A stretch of DNA of 64,000 nt from Azolla caroliniana (taxonomy: Eukaryota; Plantae; Polypodiophyta), in NCBI GenBank assembly GCA_043228905.1, contig JBHGNT010000018.1:17422001-17486000 (forward strand), given 5' to 3'. Shown piece by piece: positions 61,730 through 64,000 of this stretch; the first letter of the stretch is position 1; each line of letters opens with the position of its first letter. The position numbers and the translations under genes were made by a program. Under the pieces are notes generated by a model. It had not been told where the DNA came from and searched no databases. It saw only the letters and a program-made list of their open reading frames with translations.

Positions 61730-64000
61730 CAAAGAAGTAGACAATGTCACTGTATTATTCTTAAAGTTACTACAAAATGATGGCACTCACATCATCATCA
61801 TGACGTGAGGAATGTGTTTCTTTTGTTTGTTGGAATTGGAACATAGTATGTGTTTCCTTTGTTCCATTTGAATTGGTGTGTAGGGTGGGATTGAGATTGT
61901 AGGGTGCCATTGGAGGCCAATTGCGATGGGCCAAGGACAAGGAGTGTCGACAAAATGTTGAAGGTGCTCAACTGTTCCCCTAGATGAAGGAAAGGGTTGA
62001 TGTGGCCTTCTAGGTAAAAGGAAAATCAACACATGTGGTGGCTGTAGAAGTTGTCGGGGTGGAGTAAACGAGACCCCTTCCATTGTTGATCTTTTGTCTT
62101 GCTTAGTGTCTACTTATACAAGCCAAGGGCTCTTTCACTATGTCACCTATGGTGGGTTTTTATTCAATCTCCATCCCAAGTTTCTACGAGGAAATGGACA
62201 AGAGGAGGTAAGAATACACACATCTTTATCATTCCTTTTGCCTTGTGGTGGGTGGTCGGTCCATCAAGTTTGTCAAGGATTCGTTACGAATGGCAATCTT
62301 TGAAGAATGATGCATTTCATACTAACGATTTCCCAATAGACTTTGTCATATTTCGCTACCGTGCATACATTAAGAGTGTTCCATAATATTTAGCTCCCGA
62401 GAAGGGTTCTATACTTTGTAGGTAGTAGTGGTGGTGTTTTTTTTCTTTCATAATAGAAGCCAAATCTATACTTTAGAGTAAGTTAGTTACGGAAAGGGGG
62501 AGAGAGAAATGGAGGGGTTTTTTCTTTCATTAATACTTTAGGTTCATGCTTCTAAGTTCTTCTCCAGCTGCTTATTCTTCTTCTTCTTCTTCTTCTTCAC
62601 CTCTCTCTGACGAAACCCTACAGAAACCCTACAAGGCTACCTGTAATTTGTCGAAACTGCCTCCTCTAAACCTAATCCTAAACTTAGAAAGCAGAATTCG
62701 ACGCATCACAGCAAACACTCACTCATGCTACCGTTGCAGCAGATGAAACGACTTGCTACATGCAGCACAAGATGTTTCTGCTTTCGTAGGGTACATGTCC
62801 GAAATGATGGGAGTCCAGCTAGAATCGATGGCGACACTGTTCAGGAAGATGGTAACGAAGCAGACGCCGTAAGGAAAGATTCATCAGGAGAAGCCTTTCT
62901 CATTGAACCTTCGATGTCTTTTGTTTCTCCCTTCTTTTCAGGTCCCTGTGAATCACTCATCTTCCTATAACTTGGCATTTTTTCGATTGGATCAGAAACT
63001 ATGAGTTACACAAATTCTCCTTTTCCCTCCCTTCGTTATCTGTACAGATAGAAAGAGAACGAGAGGGGAATATCCGTTTGTGTTTTGCCACAAGTTGAAA
63101 AATTGAGTTTGGGAAATATCTTCATATTCAGGTGATATTTTTTTTTGGATTTTTGGACAAAAGGTCATTCCGATTTATCCATTCAGAGACATTTTAGGGA
63201 TTTCCATTTTGCTTTCATTGATTTTCGGATGAAATTTCTTTGGAAAAATCTATTTGATTCTTTCCTCATCCTTTTTTGTGGAGTTTTGGATGACGCATAA
63301 AAGGTAGGTTTTGTTTTTCATTGACGATTGAGGAAACTTGTTGGAGATAATTAATTATTATTTTTCTTTGGTTAATGTTCATGCCATGCTCTCAATCAAC
63401 ATTTGGACCAGCCATCCCTTTGAATTGTATTGTGGAACTCCATTTTTCTTTCATATGAAAAACTAGAGAAATTCCTGTGGGAAAAATCTCTTTTGACTTG
63501 TTTTTGAGTGTTCATGCATGCCATTATGTTTATGGAAGTTCATCCTTTCGAGACATCCAAATGGAAAGGATTCTCGTTTTACTATTCATTGTAAATTGGG
63601 ATATTAGTGTGGGTCTTCCTTTTCTGAATAATACATGGATTTTTGAAGTAGTATTGAATGCCAAGAATAGTATGTGTTATGCCTTGTGTTTTTCGTGGTT
63701 TGTATAGACCAAGAAGTTTGATATCCAAAAGGCAACAAGAAAACATTTTCTTTTTGTCTAGCATTTCTGGAGTTGAGGTAGCTTTTGTTGCTACTCCAGA
63801 AGTTTTCAGATTATTTCACCATATCGTTTATGCGTCCAATCTGTTGAACATGGAAAACCACAAGCTGCTGCTTTTGTGCTCAAAGGATTGCAAGTTCCTG
63901 GCCTGAGAGAGAGAGCGAAGGAGTCAATTGCATGTCTATATTTTATTAATGGGTTAAAGGTAGGTTATTGACCACGTTTTTGGACTTTGCTAATTTCATC
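41465..64000 (+). repeat. Copy 2 of near-identical segmental duplication (runs off window end)
   Basis: 41465 begins gtcaatacttctgttag as at position 1; the window ends ...atttcatc as at 22548. Confidence 0.98.
51262..54011 (+). pseudogene. Dof-like gene copy A' (duplicate of 9810-12559, finger deleted)
   Basis: Offset +41452 with the same 64-bp deletion; one A-to-V change at 51894. Confidence 0.8.

Overview
AT-rich, repeat-dense land-plant genomic DNA (fern-like, by inference), with no prokaryotic genes, rRNA, intact tRNA or CRISPR array. Bases 1-22548 recur almost identically at 41465-64000, a ~41.45-kb tandem segmental duplication that itself contains older paralogous subunits. The core content is a family of divergent Dof-like zinc-finger genes that the ORF track fragments, because their N-terminal half is built from tandem, phase-1 symmetric exon-intron repeats. 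One copy looks intact (34321-36503, 6 exons, ~567 aa). Two copies (9810-12559 and 51262-54011, 9 exons) have lost the zinc finger through a 64-bp frameshifting deletion. A further paralog has been rearranged into a ~590-bp inverted repeat (22648-23237) downstream of a spliced, probably non-coding + strand unit, a candidate hairpin-RNA silencer of the family. A degraded, intron-containing beta-class N4/N6 DNA amino-methyltransferase-like fragment lies in an insertion nested inside a Bianca-type Copia element. The rest is Copia, LINE and gag remnants, solo LTRs, small TIR elements, UGT 5' fragments and local tandem repeats.
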